DNA of 64,000 bases, taken from the NCBI GenBank assembly GCA_963662585.1, contig OY759729.1, positions 1,760,001-1,824,000 of the forward strand. The letters are read 5' to 3'. Source of the DNA: Candidatus Cloacimonadales bacterium. Its GTDB lineage: Bacteria; Cloacimonadota; Cloacimonadia; Cloacimonadales; JAFGVF01. The notes below the pieces were generated by a model. It searched no databases, had not been told where the DNA came from, and saw only the letters and a program-made list of their open reading frames with translations. The translations under genes and the position numbers were made by a program. This document shows, piece after piece, positions 1-9,675 of the stretch (position 1 is the stretch's first letter; the number at the start of each line of letters is the position of its first letter).

Positions 1-58
1 AGGAAAGTATAATAATAGTGTTAAGAAAAGAGTATTTAATTTTAAATAAGGAAAAAAG

Positions 59-1126
59 ATGAGACTGAGTATCGTCGGTGATATATCTTTATCTAGTTTA
101 GATATAGAACAAATAAACATAGATAGTAGGATAATAGATAAATTTGAAAAATCTGATTTTGTTTTAGGAAATCTTGAAAATCCAATAACTGAATCTAGTG
201 ATAAAAATAGTAAACTTGTAGTCAACTTAAAATCAGGTTGTGATTCAATAAAAATATTAAAGTATTTTGATTGTCTTCATTTAGGAAACAATCATATTTT
301 TGATTATGGTGTTAGAGGGATGCAGGAAACAAAAGAGTTCTGTATAATGGAAAACATAGGTTTTTTTGGGGTTGGAGATAGTATAAGTAAAGCAGAAACT
401 CCATTTATAGACGACGAAAAGAAGTTGATGATAGTCACAGCAACAAGATGGTTCAATGCCGGAAAAAACAAAGCTGGAACTAATAGGTTTAAAAATGTAG
501 AAAGAACAATAAAACAATATAGTAAGCTGAATTATTTTATTATCTACTACCCACACTGGGGTTATGAGTATATAACTACTCCACCTCCAGATGTAAGGAA
601 ACATGCAAAAAAGATGATTGATTATGGAGTAGATTTAATAGTAGGAACACATCCTCATATCCTACAAGGATTTGAGATATATAAAGGAAAGCACATTTTT
701 TATAGCTTAGGTAATTTTATATTTCACAAAAAGCATATGAATCCAAAAATTAACATAAACTTAATAGATAAATCTATAATTTTAATAGTTGATATAGATA
801 AAGGAAAAAAATATAATGTTAATATTATCTATATTAAGTATTCAAATGAACAGATTGAATACGATATAAAATTGAATGAAGATGGAAAATTATTAGAAGA
901 ATTATCAAAGCCTTTAACAATGAATTATTCTAATTATAAACAGAATTATTATCAAAATACTATTATTATGGCTAAAGAAAGCTCAAGGATTAGAAGTAGG
1001 CTAAAATCTGAAAAAAAAGGGAAGTATAGATATTTATCTTTATTACAGAATTATAAACAGGTTACATTTCAAGATTTGTTGAATAGGCTTTATGCTGTTT
1101 TATATTCATTAAAAATGGTAAAATAA
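59..1126 (+). CDS. CapA (PGA_cap) family metallophosphoesterase-like protein
   Basis: Motifs VGD, GNLE, NNHIFDYG, HWG.EY, GTHPH, YSLGNFIF typical of the CapA/poly-gamma-glutamate synthesis family. Confidence 0.85.
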   Translation: MRLSIVGDISLSSLDIEQINIDSRIIDKFEKSDFVLGNLENPITESSDKNSKLVVNLKSGCDSIKILKYFDCLHLGNNHIFDYGVRGMQETKEFCIMENIGFFGVGDSISKAETPFIDDEKKLMIVTATRWFNAGKNKAGTNRFKNVERTIKQYSKLNYFIIYYPHWGYEYITTPPPDVRKHAKKMIDYGVDLIVGTHPHILQGFEIYKGKHIFYSLGNFIFHKKHMNPKININLIDKSIILIVDIDKGKKYNVNIIYIKYSNEQIEYDIKLNEDGKLLEELSKPLTMNYSNYKQNYYQNTIIMAKESSRIRSRLKSEKKGKYRYLSLLQNYKQVTFQDLLNRLYAVLYSLKMVK

Positions 1127-1133
1127 GTAATAA

Positions 1134-2600
1134 ATGTCAAGTAATAAAGATTTTTCAAAAAACGTACTAATAGTATCATTAGGTCCAGTTATATCTTCAA
1201 TTTTATCATTGCTTTTTGAACCAATAATCGCTAGGCTGTGGGAACCGTATGTTTTTGGCACTATTTCCTTTTTTAATTCAATTGTTTTGGTATTTTCTCC
1301 CATGATTTTTATGAGGTATAATTTTGCAATTGTACAAGCTAAAGATAATGAAGAAAAGTTTAATTTATTAGCATTATCAATACTAATAATGTTTGTTTTC
1401 ATAATTGCACTTTTTCTTGTATATCCGATTTTAACACCTTTTATAAAAAGTAATTTTCCCTTCATAAAATATCGAAACATCTTTTTTTTAACTGTAATTT
1501 TTGCTGGATTATTTGTCTTATATAGATTTTGGTCATCAAGCGAAAAGAGATTTACTCAAATTGCTCTTTCAGTGATATTGTTACAATTGTCTAACACTAC
1601 ATTATTAGTTATATTTGGGGTTTTAGGCTTAACGGATTCAAGCTCAGGGATACTAATACGATCATTATCTTATATAGTGAGTCCTATATTGATGATATTT
1701 GTTTTTTTTAGAAAAGATATAAAAAAAGGAATAAAGTATATAAGGATTAAATCAATTATCGGGGTAATGAAAAAATATAAGAAGTATCCCTTGATCGAGT
1801 TTTGGGGAATTTGGGCAAATAATATATCTTTTCACATACCAACAATCTTGATAGCAAAATATTGGGGGCAGGAAGTTAATGGTCTTTATTCAAAGGCATT
1901 TGTTATAGTCTATCTTTTGGTTTTATTCTTTGGTGATGCCGTTAATAGGGTTTTTCATAAAGAAGTTGCAGATATGGTTAATAACAAGCAAGATATCTCC
2001 CAGTTTATAGTTAATGTAATCTCTACATTATCACAAATTTCTATTTTGCCCTTTATTCTTCTTATAATAGTAGGTCCAGAGCTATTTAGTTTTTTCTTGG
2101 GGGGAATGTGGCTTCAGTCTGGTTATTATGCAGGTGCAATTTCATTTTGGATGTATACAATGCTGATATCAACCGCAATAATACCTCTTTATGGTGTTTT
2201 AAATAAGCAGGGACAACAGACTTTCTTTTCACTCTTGATGCTATTTATGAGGTCTTCGGTGTTAATATATATGGGGCTAAAAGGCACGAGTGGTTTGTTA
2301 GCAGTGAGTGTTTTCTCTTTGTTAAGTATGGTTTTGGTAACATTCCAGTTTTCTTTCATTATAAAAAAAGCTGGAGTTCCTTTAAAAGTACTAGCAAAAA
2401 TAATCATTACTCCTATAGTGAAGACCTTCCCATTAATAGTAATTGTTTTAAGTGTGAAATATTTTCTACATTTAGCAAATCTTAATATATTAATTATAAC
2501 TGCATTGTTAGCAATACCTTATGTGTATTGGTTTTATTACAAGCATGAGACCATTAATACAATGTTGAAAGATATATTTAGTAGTATTAGGTTAAAATAA
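1134..2600 (+). CDS. wzx: Wzx-type oligosaccharide flippase
   Basis: 488 aa, many hydrophobic segments, PIIARLW..FG and KKYKKYPL motifs of polysaccharide flippases. Confidence 0.8.
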   Translation: MSSNKDFSKNVLIVSLGPVISSILSLLFEPIIARLWEPYVFGTISFFNSIVLVFSPMIFMRYNFAIVQAKDNEEKFNLLALSILIMFVFIIALFLVYPILTPFIKSNFPFIKYRNIFFLTVIFAGLFVLYRFWSSSEKRFTQIALSVILLQLSNTTLLVIFGVLGLTDSSSGILIRSLSYIVSPILMIFVFFRKDIKKGIKYIRIKSIIGVMKKYKKYPLIEFWGIWANNISFHIPTILIAKYWGQEVNGLYSKAFVIVYLLVLFFGDAVNRVFHKEVADMVNNKQDISQFIVNVISTLSQISILPFILLIIVGPELFSFFLGGMWLQSGYYAGAISFWMYTMLISTAIIPLYGVLNKQGQQTFFSLLMLFMRSSVLIYMGLKGTSGLLAVSVFSLLSMVLVTFQFSFIIKKAGVPLKVLAKIIITPIVKTFPLIVIVLSVKYFLHLANLNILIITALLAIPYVYWFYYKHETINTMLKDIFSSIRLK

Positions 2601-2613
2601 TAATAAAAGGGCA

Positions 2614-3900
2614 ATGTCTGTGATAAAAATAAATTTATTGAAGTATTTTTTAGAACTGAGAAAAGTAGGAAAATACAGTCAAGAAAAGATTAGGGAGATG
2701 CAATTAGGCAAATTTAGCAAATTATTCGAATATGCTAAGAAGAATTCTAAATTCTATGGAGATTTATATAAAGATAAGGGTATATATGATTTAAAGATAA
2801 AAGATTTCTCTGACATAGAAAAAATTCCAATAATTCACAAAAAAGATTTAAGGGTGGGTGGTTTAGAATCTTTTGCAACTGATTTAAATAATCGGATAGT
2901 TCACACAACAAGTGGATCTACAGGGATACCAATTCAGATTGCTTTTTCCCCCTATGAAGAATATACTGCTCATGTTAGGGTTCTTTATATAATGCTAAAA
3001 GCTGGTTATAAAATAACAGATAAAATTTACATGATAACTCGATATGAAGAAGATGATAAATTTGATATTGAAAAAAAATTGTCTTTACTCCAATTATTTC
3101 AATCAAATCTAAGACTATTTCAAAGGAAGATAATTTCTATTTATACCAAGCCGGAAATTATAGTGAATACTTTATTGCAAGAGAAACCAAAGGTCTTATG
3201 GTCAACACCTTCAATTATGCAAATAATAGTTAATGAATTAAAAAAAAGACAAATACCTCTTAGGATACCCCTTCTACTATATACCTCAGAAACTGTTTTT
3301 CCTGAACAAGAAAGAGAATTTAGAAAATATTTGGGTGATAAAATCGTCAATATTTACGGGTGTATGGAATCTCCAACTCTAGGCTATGATATAGATTTAT
3401 CTGGAAGAATGACAACTTTCCCCAATTCAAATCTATTTGAGTTTAAAAAACTTGAAAACAATAAACTTGAAAGCTATGACTCCCCTATAATAACAAACCT
3501 AATTAATTATTCTTTTCCTATAATAAGATATGAATTAGGGGATCTTATTGATAATAGGCAAGTTATTAATAATATAAAAACTAAATATATTGGAAAAGTT
3601 TATGGTCGTCAAGATGATATAATAAGAATTGATGAAAGTAGATATTTAGCTCATCATCATGCTCATGAGATGTTTATGACAATTGATGGATGTGATCAGT
3701 GGAAAATAATTCAAAAAAATAATGATATAACTCTCTATTTTTATACAAATAATTTAGAAAGTTTCTCCAAATCAAAAAAAAGAGCAGAGGAAATTTGGAA
3801 CAAAAGATATCCAGATGTTAAAATTAATATTGAAAGAATGGATTTTGTTGAGATTAATGAAAAATCAGGTAAATTCAAAAATATTGAGATAATTAAATGA
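2614..3900 (+). CDS. CapK-like / phenylacetate-CoA ligase family adenylate-forming enzyme
   Basis: TTSGSTG P-loop, YGCME, PIIRYELGD, GRQDD, SGKFK. Confidence 0.85.
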   Translation: MSVIKINLLKYFLELRKVGKYSQEKIREMQLGKFSKLFEYAKKNSKFYGDLYKDKGIYDLKIKDFSDIEKIPIIHKKDLRVGGLESFATDLNNRIVHTTSGSTGIPIQIAFSPYEEYTAHVRVLYIMLKAGYKITDKIYMITRYEEDDKFDIEKKLSLLQLFQSNLRLFQRKIISIYTKPEIIVNTLLQEKPKVLWSTPSIMQIIVNELKKRQIPLRIPLLLYTSETVFPEQEREFRKYLGDKIVNIYGCMESPTLGYDIDLSGRMTTFPNSNLFEFKKLENNKLESYDSPIITNLINYSFPIIRYELGDLIDNRQVINNIKTKYIGKVYGRQDDIIRIDESRYLAHHHAHEMFMTIDGCDQWKIIQKNNDITLYFYTNNLESFSKSKKRAEEIWNKRYPDVKINIERMDFVEINEKSGKFKNIEIIK

Positions 3901-4991
3901 TCATTAGTATTGTAGGAGATATTTCTCTTTGTGAAATTGATGTAAATGATTATAAAATAGATAATAAAATAATCGAATATTTATCACAATCCGATTTTAC
4001 TATTGGTAATTTAGAAAATCCTGTGACTCAGAGTACTGAAAAAAAAGAATTTTTAGCTTATAATCTAAAAACTGATGATGATTCTTTATCGTTATTAAAG
4101 TTATTTTCATATCTTAATATCTGCAACAACCATATTTTTGATTTTCAAACAAAAGGATATTTAGATACTGCTAATTTTTTAGAAAAGAATAATATAAGTT
4201 ATGCAGGGGTTATTAATAAAAAAGAATCTGAGTTAACACTCTATAAAACCGAAATTAATTCTCATGAAAAAATATGCATTATTACAGCTACTCGTTGGAA
4301 TAATTTAAAAAGTTCGGATTATGGAACAATTGCCTTTAAGCAAATAGAAAAATATCTTAAAAAGTTTAATAAAGAAGATTATTTCCTAATTTATTATCCT
4401 CATTGGGGATATGAATATATTACTATACCTCCACCTGATGTTAGAAAACATGCTCATAGGATGATTGACTTAGGTGTTGATTTAATTGTTGGTACCCATC
4501 CCCATATCTTACAAGGTTATGAAATATACAAAGATAAGCACATCTTTTACAGTTTAGGAAATTTTATATTTAACTCAAAATTCAATCAAACAGGCTATAA
4601 TCAACACTTAGTAAATAAATCTTTAGTATTGAAATTGTCAATTAAAAATAATATAGTTGAAAAATTTCATTTTCAACCCTTTGAATTTAGTGAGAAGGGA
4701 ATGTTGGTAAATTCAGATGTTATTAATGAAAAATATCTAATTGAAATATCCAAGATATTTAATGAATCTAACTTTGTATATAAAAAAGAGTATTATAAGC
4801 AAACGGTGTATTTAGCTAACCAGAGTGCAAAGATTAGGGATAAATTAATGACTCAATCTACGAATGATAGAAAGTTCAAATCTTTATTATACAACTATCT
4901 AAATGCTACACCTCAGGATATCAAAAATAGAATATTCGCATTGTTAATTAATAAATATTCGGCAATCCTGCATAGAAGCGAAGAGAAGTAA
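3897..4991 (+). CDS. CapA family metallophosphoesterase-like protein (second paralog)
   Basis: Same motif set as 59..1126; ATGA overlap with upstream gene. Confidence 0.85.
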   Translation: MIISIVGDISLCEIDVNDYKIDNKIIEYLSQSDFTIGNLENPVTQSTEKKEFLAYNLKTDDDSLSLLKLFSYLNICNNHIFDFQTKGYLDTANFLEKNNISYAGVINKKESELTLYKTEINSHEKICIITATRWNNLKSSDYGTIAFKQIEKYLKKFNKEDYFLIYYPHWGYEYITIPPPDVRKHAHRMIDLGVDLIVGTHPHILQGYEIYKDKHIFYSLGNFIFNSKFNQTGYNQHLVNKSLVLKLSIKNNIVEKFHFQPFEFSEKGMLVNSDVINEKYLIEISKIFNESNFVYKKEYYKQTVYLANQSAKIRDKLMTQSTNDRKFKSLLYNYLNATPQDIKNRIFALLINKYSAILHRSEEK

Positions 4992-5971
4992 TGAAGTATA
5001 AAAAAACAATTCAAGTAAGTATAACTCTTTCAATGTTTTATTTTATTTATCGAACATTTGGAGTTTCTTTTCAGAGTATTTTTGAAGAAGTGAAAAATAT
5101 TAGTGATCCTAAATGGTTACTGTTCACAATATTTATCCCATCAATAATAATTCCTGCGATATCAATTAATAGATGGGGTTTTTTCTTGCGATCAATAGGG
5201 ATATATGAAAAGCCTTTAACTCTGGTGAAAATTAACTTTTTATCAATCTTCTACGGTTTAGTTCTACCTTCATCAACTGGATTTGATGCTGTTAGAATGT
5301 ATTTAATTGAAAAAAGAAATCCTCAAAAGAGAGGAAAAGCAGGAAGTACAATTATTATTGAGCGCTATTTTGGCTTTGTTATATTAAGTCTAATAGGAGT
5401 ATTTGGTGTTATCTCAATATCTGATTTATTAACTAAACAGCAATTCTTTTATATGCTTACAGCTATTTTACTTATTTTAATCATATTAATATTAATGGGA
5501 CTCGTAATTAGTAATCATTTCATTTTTAACATAGCGAACAAAATCTTATCAAAATCTAAGTACTTTAAAAAAGGATTTTCTTATTTAATTTCTCTACATG
5601 ATGCTCTCAGAAAATTTCCCATTAAGAAAGTGTTACTAAGTTCAATTATTTTAATAACGATGTTTCAATTAGTTACAATACTTAACGTGTATTTTATCTT
5701 TAGGTCGTTTGATATAGATTTGCCATTAATTAACCACCTAGCAATGATTCCTATAATAAATATTATCTCAATTATCCCGCTATCAATTTCAGGTTTTGGA
5801 ATAAGAGAGGGAGCTTTTACTTATTTCTATTCTTTAGTTGGAATTGAGCCTACTCTTGCATTAATAATTTCATTAATGAATTATTTAATTCTTATGGGAA
5901 TTCCTGCTTTTATTGGCGGAATAATAGCTTTGCACGAATTAATTTTTAAGAGGAAAAATGAGATTAAATAA
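4991..5971 (+). CDS. Lysylphosphatidylglycerol-synthase-TM (flippase-like) membrane protein
   Basis: RW, LPSSTGFD..R, IER, P.SISGFGIREGAF motifs; polytopic. Confidence 0.8.
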   Translation: MKYKKTIQVSITLSMFYFIYRTFGVSFQSIFEEVKNISDPKWLLFTIFIPSIIIPAISINRWGFFLRSIGIYEKPLTLVKINFLSIFYGLVLPSSTGFDAVRMYLIEKRNPQKRGKAGSTIIIERYFGFVILSLIGVFGVISISDLLTKQQFFYMLTAILLILIILILMGLVISNHFIFNIANKILSKSKYFKKGFSYLISLHDALRKFPIKKVLLSSIILITMFQLVTILNVYFIFRSFDIDLPLINHLAMIPIINIISIIPLSISGFGIREGAFTYFYSLVGIEPTLALIISLMNYLILMGIPAFIGGIIALHELIFKRKNEIK

Positions 5972-6908
5972 ATACAGTCTATCAATAGTAATCCCTGTTT
6001 ACAATGATGAGCAGGTTTTACCTGAACTATTTAAAAGATTAGAAGTTGTTTGTAATTCAATATATAAAGAAGACCATGAAATTATCTTTGTAGATGATGG
6101 AAGTAAAGATAGCTCCTTTGAGATATTAGCAGGACTCTATCATCAATATAGTGAAGTTAAAGTATTAAAACAGGCAAAAAACTTTGGTCAAGCTAATGCT
6201 ATTTTGGCAGGGTTGAAATATGCAACAGGTAAATATATAGTTATTATGGATTCAGATTTACAAGATAAACCTGAAGATATTCCAACTTTAATTCAAGAAA
6301 TGGAGATTAGTGGAAAGAGTATGGCAATTGCTTTGTGGGAAAGTAGGCAAGATACAGTTTTAAAAAAACTAACATCTTGGATGTTTTATACTTTTTCACA
6401 GAATGTTACTAATATTAAATATGAAAAAGGCTTGGGGGTATTTAGGGTAATTAAGAGAGATAAAATTATTCAATTACTTGATGTACCTGAAATCACAGGA
6501 ACCATACTAAGTTTGATCTATTGGTCAGGTATCAGTTATGTAGCTGTGCCTTTACAGAGAGATAAACGGTATGCTGGAACTTCTGGATATAGTTTTAAAA
6601 AGATGCTATCATTAACTGCAGATAGAATTTTCTCCTATTCCTTGTTTCCAATGAAAATCATGACTAATAGTGGTTTAATTATTGGATTTGGAAGCTTTGG
6701 TGTTGGTTTGATAACATTAATTAGAAAATTAATCGGTGCTAGTGTTCTTCCAGGTTGGACATCCATAATCATTATCGTTTCATTTCTTTTCGGATTAAAT
6801 TTTATTTTCTTGGGATTATTAGGTGAATATATTGGAAGAATATATTTAGAAACTAAAAAAAGACCAAAATATGTGATAGAAATAGTTTTAGATAGAGACG
6901 AGAGGTAA
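5958..6908 (+). CDS. GT2 polyprenol-phosphate glycosyltransferase (GtrB/ArnC-like)
   Basis: VIPVYN, VDDGS.D, NFGQ..A, MDSDLQD.PE, two C-terminal TM helices, GEYIGRIY.E.K.RP.Y. Confidence 0.9.
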   Translation: MRLNKYSLSIVIPVYNDEQVLPELFKRLEVVCNSIYKEDHEIIFVDDGSKDSSFEILAGLYHQYSEVKVLKQAKNFGQANAILAGLKYATGKYIVIMDSDLQDKPEDIPTLIQEMEISGKSMAIALWESRQDTVLKKLTSWMFYTFSQNVTNIKYEKGLGVFRVIKRDKIIQLLDVPEITGTILSLIYWSGISYVAVPLQRDKRYAGTSGYSFKKMLSLTADRIFSYSLFPMKIMTNSGLIIGFGSFGVGLITLIRKLIGASVLPGWTSIIIIVSFLFGLNFIFLGLLGEYIGRIYLETKKRPKYVIEIVLDRDER

Positions 6909-6910
6909 TA

Positions 6911-7567
6911 ATGAAAAAAGTGATAATTTTAGGTGGCATAGGAAACGGAACTGTAATTGCTCAAGCTATTGTAGATGCAAATAATCGAGGATATCATGAT
7001 TTTGAGATGGCTGGCTATTTAAATGACAGGGAAGAGGTCGGTAGTTTTATAGAAGATTTTCCTGTTTTAGGAAAAGTAAATGATGCTCATAAGTTTGCTA
7101 ATGATGGATATAAATTTATTAACACTATTTATAGAATTGACGGACAAAATGAACGATTAGATTTGTTTGAAAGATTAGGTTTGAAGGATAAAGATCTAGC
7201 TATATTTGTTCATCCTACAGCATTTGTTGCCCCTAATGTTGTATTATACCCAGGATCAGTCATTATGCCTTATGTAATGATATCAGCTGGTGCAAGCATT
7301 GGGAAAGGATCGTTAATAATGGTTGGTGCAAGCATAGGGCATAATACTGAATTGGGATTATATAATCATATTGCTGCTCAGGCTGTTGTTGGTGCTTATA
7401 TTAAAACCGGAATTGGTGTCCATGTAGGATTAAACGCTACAGTGAGAGAAAATTTAATTATTGCTGATTATGCAACTCTTGGTATGGGGGCTGTTCTAAC
7501 AAAAAATGTTCAAGAAAATGAGATTTGGGCTGGTAATCCTGCAAAATTTCTAAGGTATGTAAAGTAA
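6911..7567 (+). CDS. NeuD/PglD-family sugar acetyltransferase (left-handed beta-helix)
   Basis: N-terminal Rossmann-like segment, HPTA, hexapeptide repeats, GNPAK ending. Confidence 0.85.
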   Translation: MKKVIILGGIGNGTVIAQAIVDANNRGYHDFEMAGYLNDREEVGSFIEDFPVLGKVNDAHKFANDGYKFINTIYRIDGQNERLDLFERLGLKDKDLAIFVHPTAFVAPNVVLYPGSVIMPYVMISAGASIGKGSLIMVGASIGHNTELGLYNHIAAQAVVGAYIKTGIGVHVGLNATVRENLIIADYATLGMGAVLTKNVQENEIWAGNPAKFLRYVK

Positions 7568-7571
7568 GATT

Positions 7572-8741
7572 ATGCCAAAACCTAAGATAGTTATTATTGG
7601 GGCAAGTTATCTACAATTGCCATTAGTAGAAAAGTGTAATGAGATGGGGTTGGAAACACATGTTTTTGCTTGGGAAGAGGGAGCTGTTGCAAAAAGTATT
7701 TCAACGAAATTTTATCCTATTTCTATAACCGAGAAAGATAATATTTTACAAGAATGTTTATTTATTAAACCTTCTGGGGTAATCTCAATAGCTTCGGACT
7801 TAGCAATGAATACAGTAAATTATCTATCGACAAAATTGAACTTGATCGGAAATAGTATGAATTGTACTGAAGTGACAACAAACAAGTATAAGATGCGAGG
7901 AAGATTAAGTAAGAATGAAATTTTATGTCCGAAATTTTTAAAATTAGAATGTTTAGAAGAAGATAAAATCGAGATTATTACTGAAGAATTCAAATTTCCT
8001 TGTATTGTAAAACCAACAGATAGATCTGGTAGCAGGGGAGTTAGTAAAGTAAATGATAGAATAGAATTAGAATTAGCTATTACAAGGGCTATCAGTTATT
8101 CATTAAAGAAAGAGTGTATTGTAGAAGAATATATTGGCGGTGATGAAATAAGTGTAGAAGCTATTAGTTATCAAGGTTTTCATTATTTATTGGCTATTAC
8201 TGATAAAGAAACTACAGGGAGTCCACACTTTGTTGAAACTGCACATCATCAACCATCAATCTATAATACCCGAAAAAAAGAAATAGAAAAATTGATTACT
8301 TCAGCATTAGATGCTTTAGAAGTAAGAAACGGTGCATCTCATACGGAGATTAAAATTACAGAAAGTGGAGAATTATATATTATCGAAGTAGGGGCGAGAA
8401 TGGGAGGAGATTTTATAGGATCACATCTTGTCAAGCTCTCAACAGGATATGACTTTCTCAGAGGAGTTATTGATGTTGCTTTAGGTACTTTTAGATTACC
8501 AATTCTCAAACATCAATTATATTCTGGAGTATATTTTGTCTACTCAAAAAGAAGCGGAGCAGTTGTAAATATTACTGATAAAACTGCAGATTATCCTCAA
8601 ATTATAAGTAAAGAAATTGATATAAATATAGGTAGTGAAATGAAACCACTAACTGAAAGTGCTGACAGAAGAGGATATTATATTTACCAAGCGACTGAAA
8701 AATTATGCGAATCTAACTTAATTGAGCTAGATATTAAATAA
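7572..8741 (+). CDS. ATP-grasp domain protein (putative amino-acid/carboxylate ligase)
   Basis: NKYKMR, KPTDRSGSRGV, EEYIGG.EISVE, IIEVGARMGGD. Confidence 0.85.
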   Translation: MPKPKIVIIGASYLQLPLVEKCNEMGLETHVFAWEEGAVAKSISTKFYPISITEKDNILQECLFIKPSGVISIASDLAMNTVNYLSTKLNLIGNSMNCTEVTTNKYKMRGRLSKNEILCPKFLKLECLEEDKIEIITEEFKFPCIVKPTDRSGSRGVSKVNDRIELELAITRAISYSLKKECIVEEYIGGDEISVEAISYQGFHYLLAITDKETTGSPHFVETAHHQPSIYNTRKKEIEKLITSALDALEVRNGASHTEIKITESGELYIIEVGARMGGDFIGSHLVKLSTGYDFLRGVIDVALGTFRLPILKHQLYSGVYFVYSKRSGAVVNITDKTADYPQIISKEIDINIGSEMKPLTESADRRGYYIYQATEKLCESNLIELDIK

Positions 8742-8958
8742 TATTCTTTTTTTTCTTGACCAAATATTAATACTTGCAGAATATAACTACTTGAGAGAAT
8801 TAGGAAGGTTGAATTTCGTCTGAGTAAACACTAAACGAGATTGTAACTATTTTAATTCCATATAAATATCATATAGTGTGAAAAAGTGCTTCAGATAAAA
8901 GTATCTGTAAGTCATAGGGCGAAGCTTGCTTAAAAATAGATGCAGGCATCATTTTTAA

Positions 8959-9036
8959 GAGTGAAAAACTAAAAGTGAAAAATGAAAAATAAAACTAAGA
9001 TGAAGAAGCAAAAAATTAAAAGTGAAAAGTTGAAAT
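8959..9036 (+). repeat. Left arm: 7-bp period (A/G)TGAAAA repeats
   Basis: gtgaaaa-actaaaa-gtgaaaa-atgaaaa-ataaaa ... aaaagtgaaaagttgaaa. Confidence 0.75.
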
Positions 9037-9091
9037 ATTGCAATGAAATCAAAATAACTATTATATAAATGCAAGAGAGATGGTTTTGATT

Positions 9092-9460
9092 ATGGAAAAC
9101 AAGAATATTTTAAGAGATAAAAGTTATCAATTTTCATTAGATATTATTAAATTATGTAAATATTTACAAGAAAACAAAAAAGAAAGAATATTAAGTAATC
9201 AAGTATTAAGGTCTGGAACAGCAATTGGTGCTTTATTATGTGAAGCTGAATATGCTCAAAGTTTACCAGATTTTATAAATAAATTAAGCATTAGCCTTAA
9301 AGAGGCGAATGAAACTAGATATTGGATTAGGCTATTAAGAGACTCTAACTATGTAGAACAATTATATTCTAAAGAGTTCTTAGATCAATTAAACCAGTTA
9401 ATTTCAATGTTAATAAGTTCAATAAATACAAGTAAAAGAAAACTGAAAGAAAAAAAATAA
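9092..9460 (+). CDS. Four helix bundle protein (23S rRNA IVS-protein / Avd-like family)
   Basis: KSYQFSLDII, LSNQVLRSGTAIGA...EA..AQS..DFINKLSISLKEANET.YW.RLL; start may be 9080 or 9092. Confidence 0.9.
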   Translation: MENKNILRDKSYQFSLDIIKLCKYLQENKKERILSNQVLRSGTAIGALLCEAEYAQSLPDFINKLSISLKEANETRYWIRLLRDSNYVEQLYSKEFLDQLNQLISMLISSINTSKRKLKEKK

Positions 9461-9564
9461 GTGCTTAAGTAGGTGAAGAAAAAATATTAGGGTGAAATAA
9501 TGTCTTAACTATTAGGTTTTATAGTTATTATCGTTTCTAGAGATATGTCTCAGGTGACACATTA

Positions 9565-9658
9565 TTTTTCACTATTCATTATTCACTTTTCACTCCTGCT
9601 TTGCAGGACTGTTTTTCACTTTTCGTTTTTCACTTTTCACTTTATTAAAGTTCACTTT
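9565..9658 (+). repeat. Right arm: 7-bp period TTTTCAC repeats, inverted relative to 8959-9036
   Basis: ttttcac-tattcat-tattcac-ttttcac, hairpin tcctgc-ttt-gcagga, then ttttcac-ttttcgt-ttttcac-ttttcac. Confidence 0.8.
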
Positions 9659-9675
9659 AATAATAAAGGAGTTTT

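Noticed and set aside
8756..8790. Sigma70 promoter after the ATP-grasp gene
   Set aside because: TTGACC is present but candidate -10 boxes lie at 15 or 20 bp spacing
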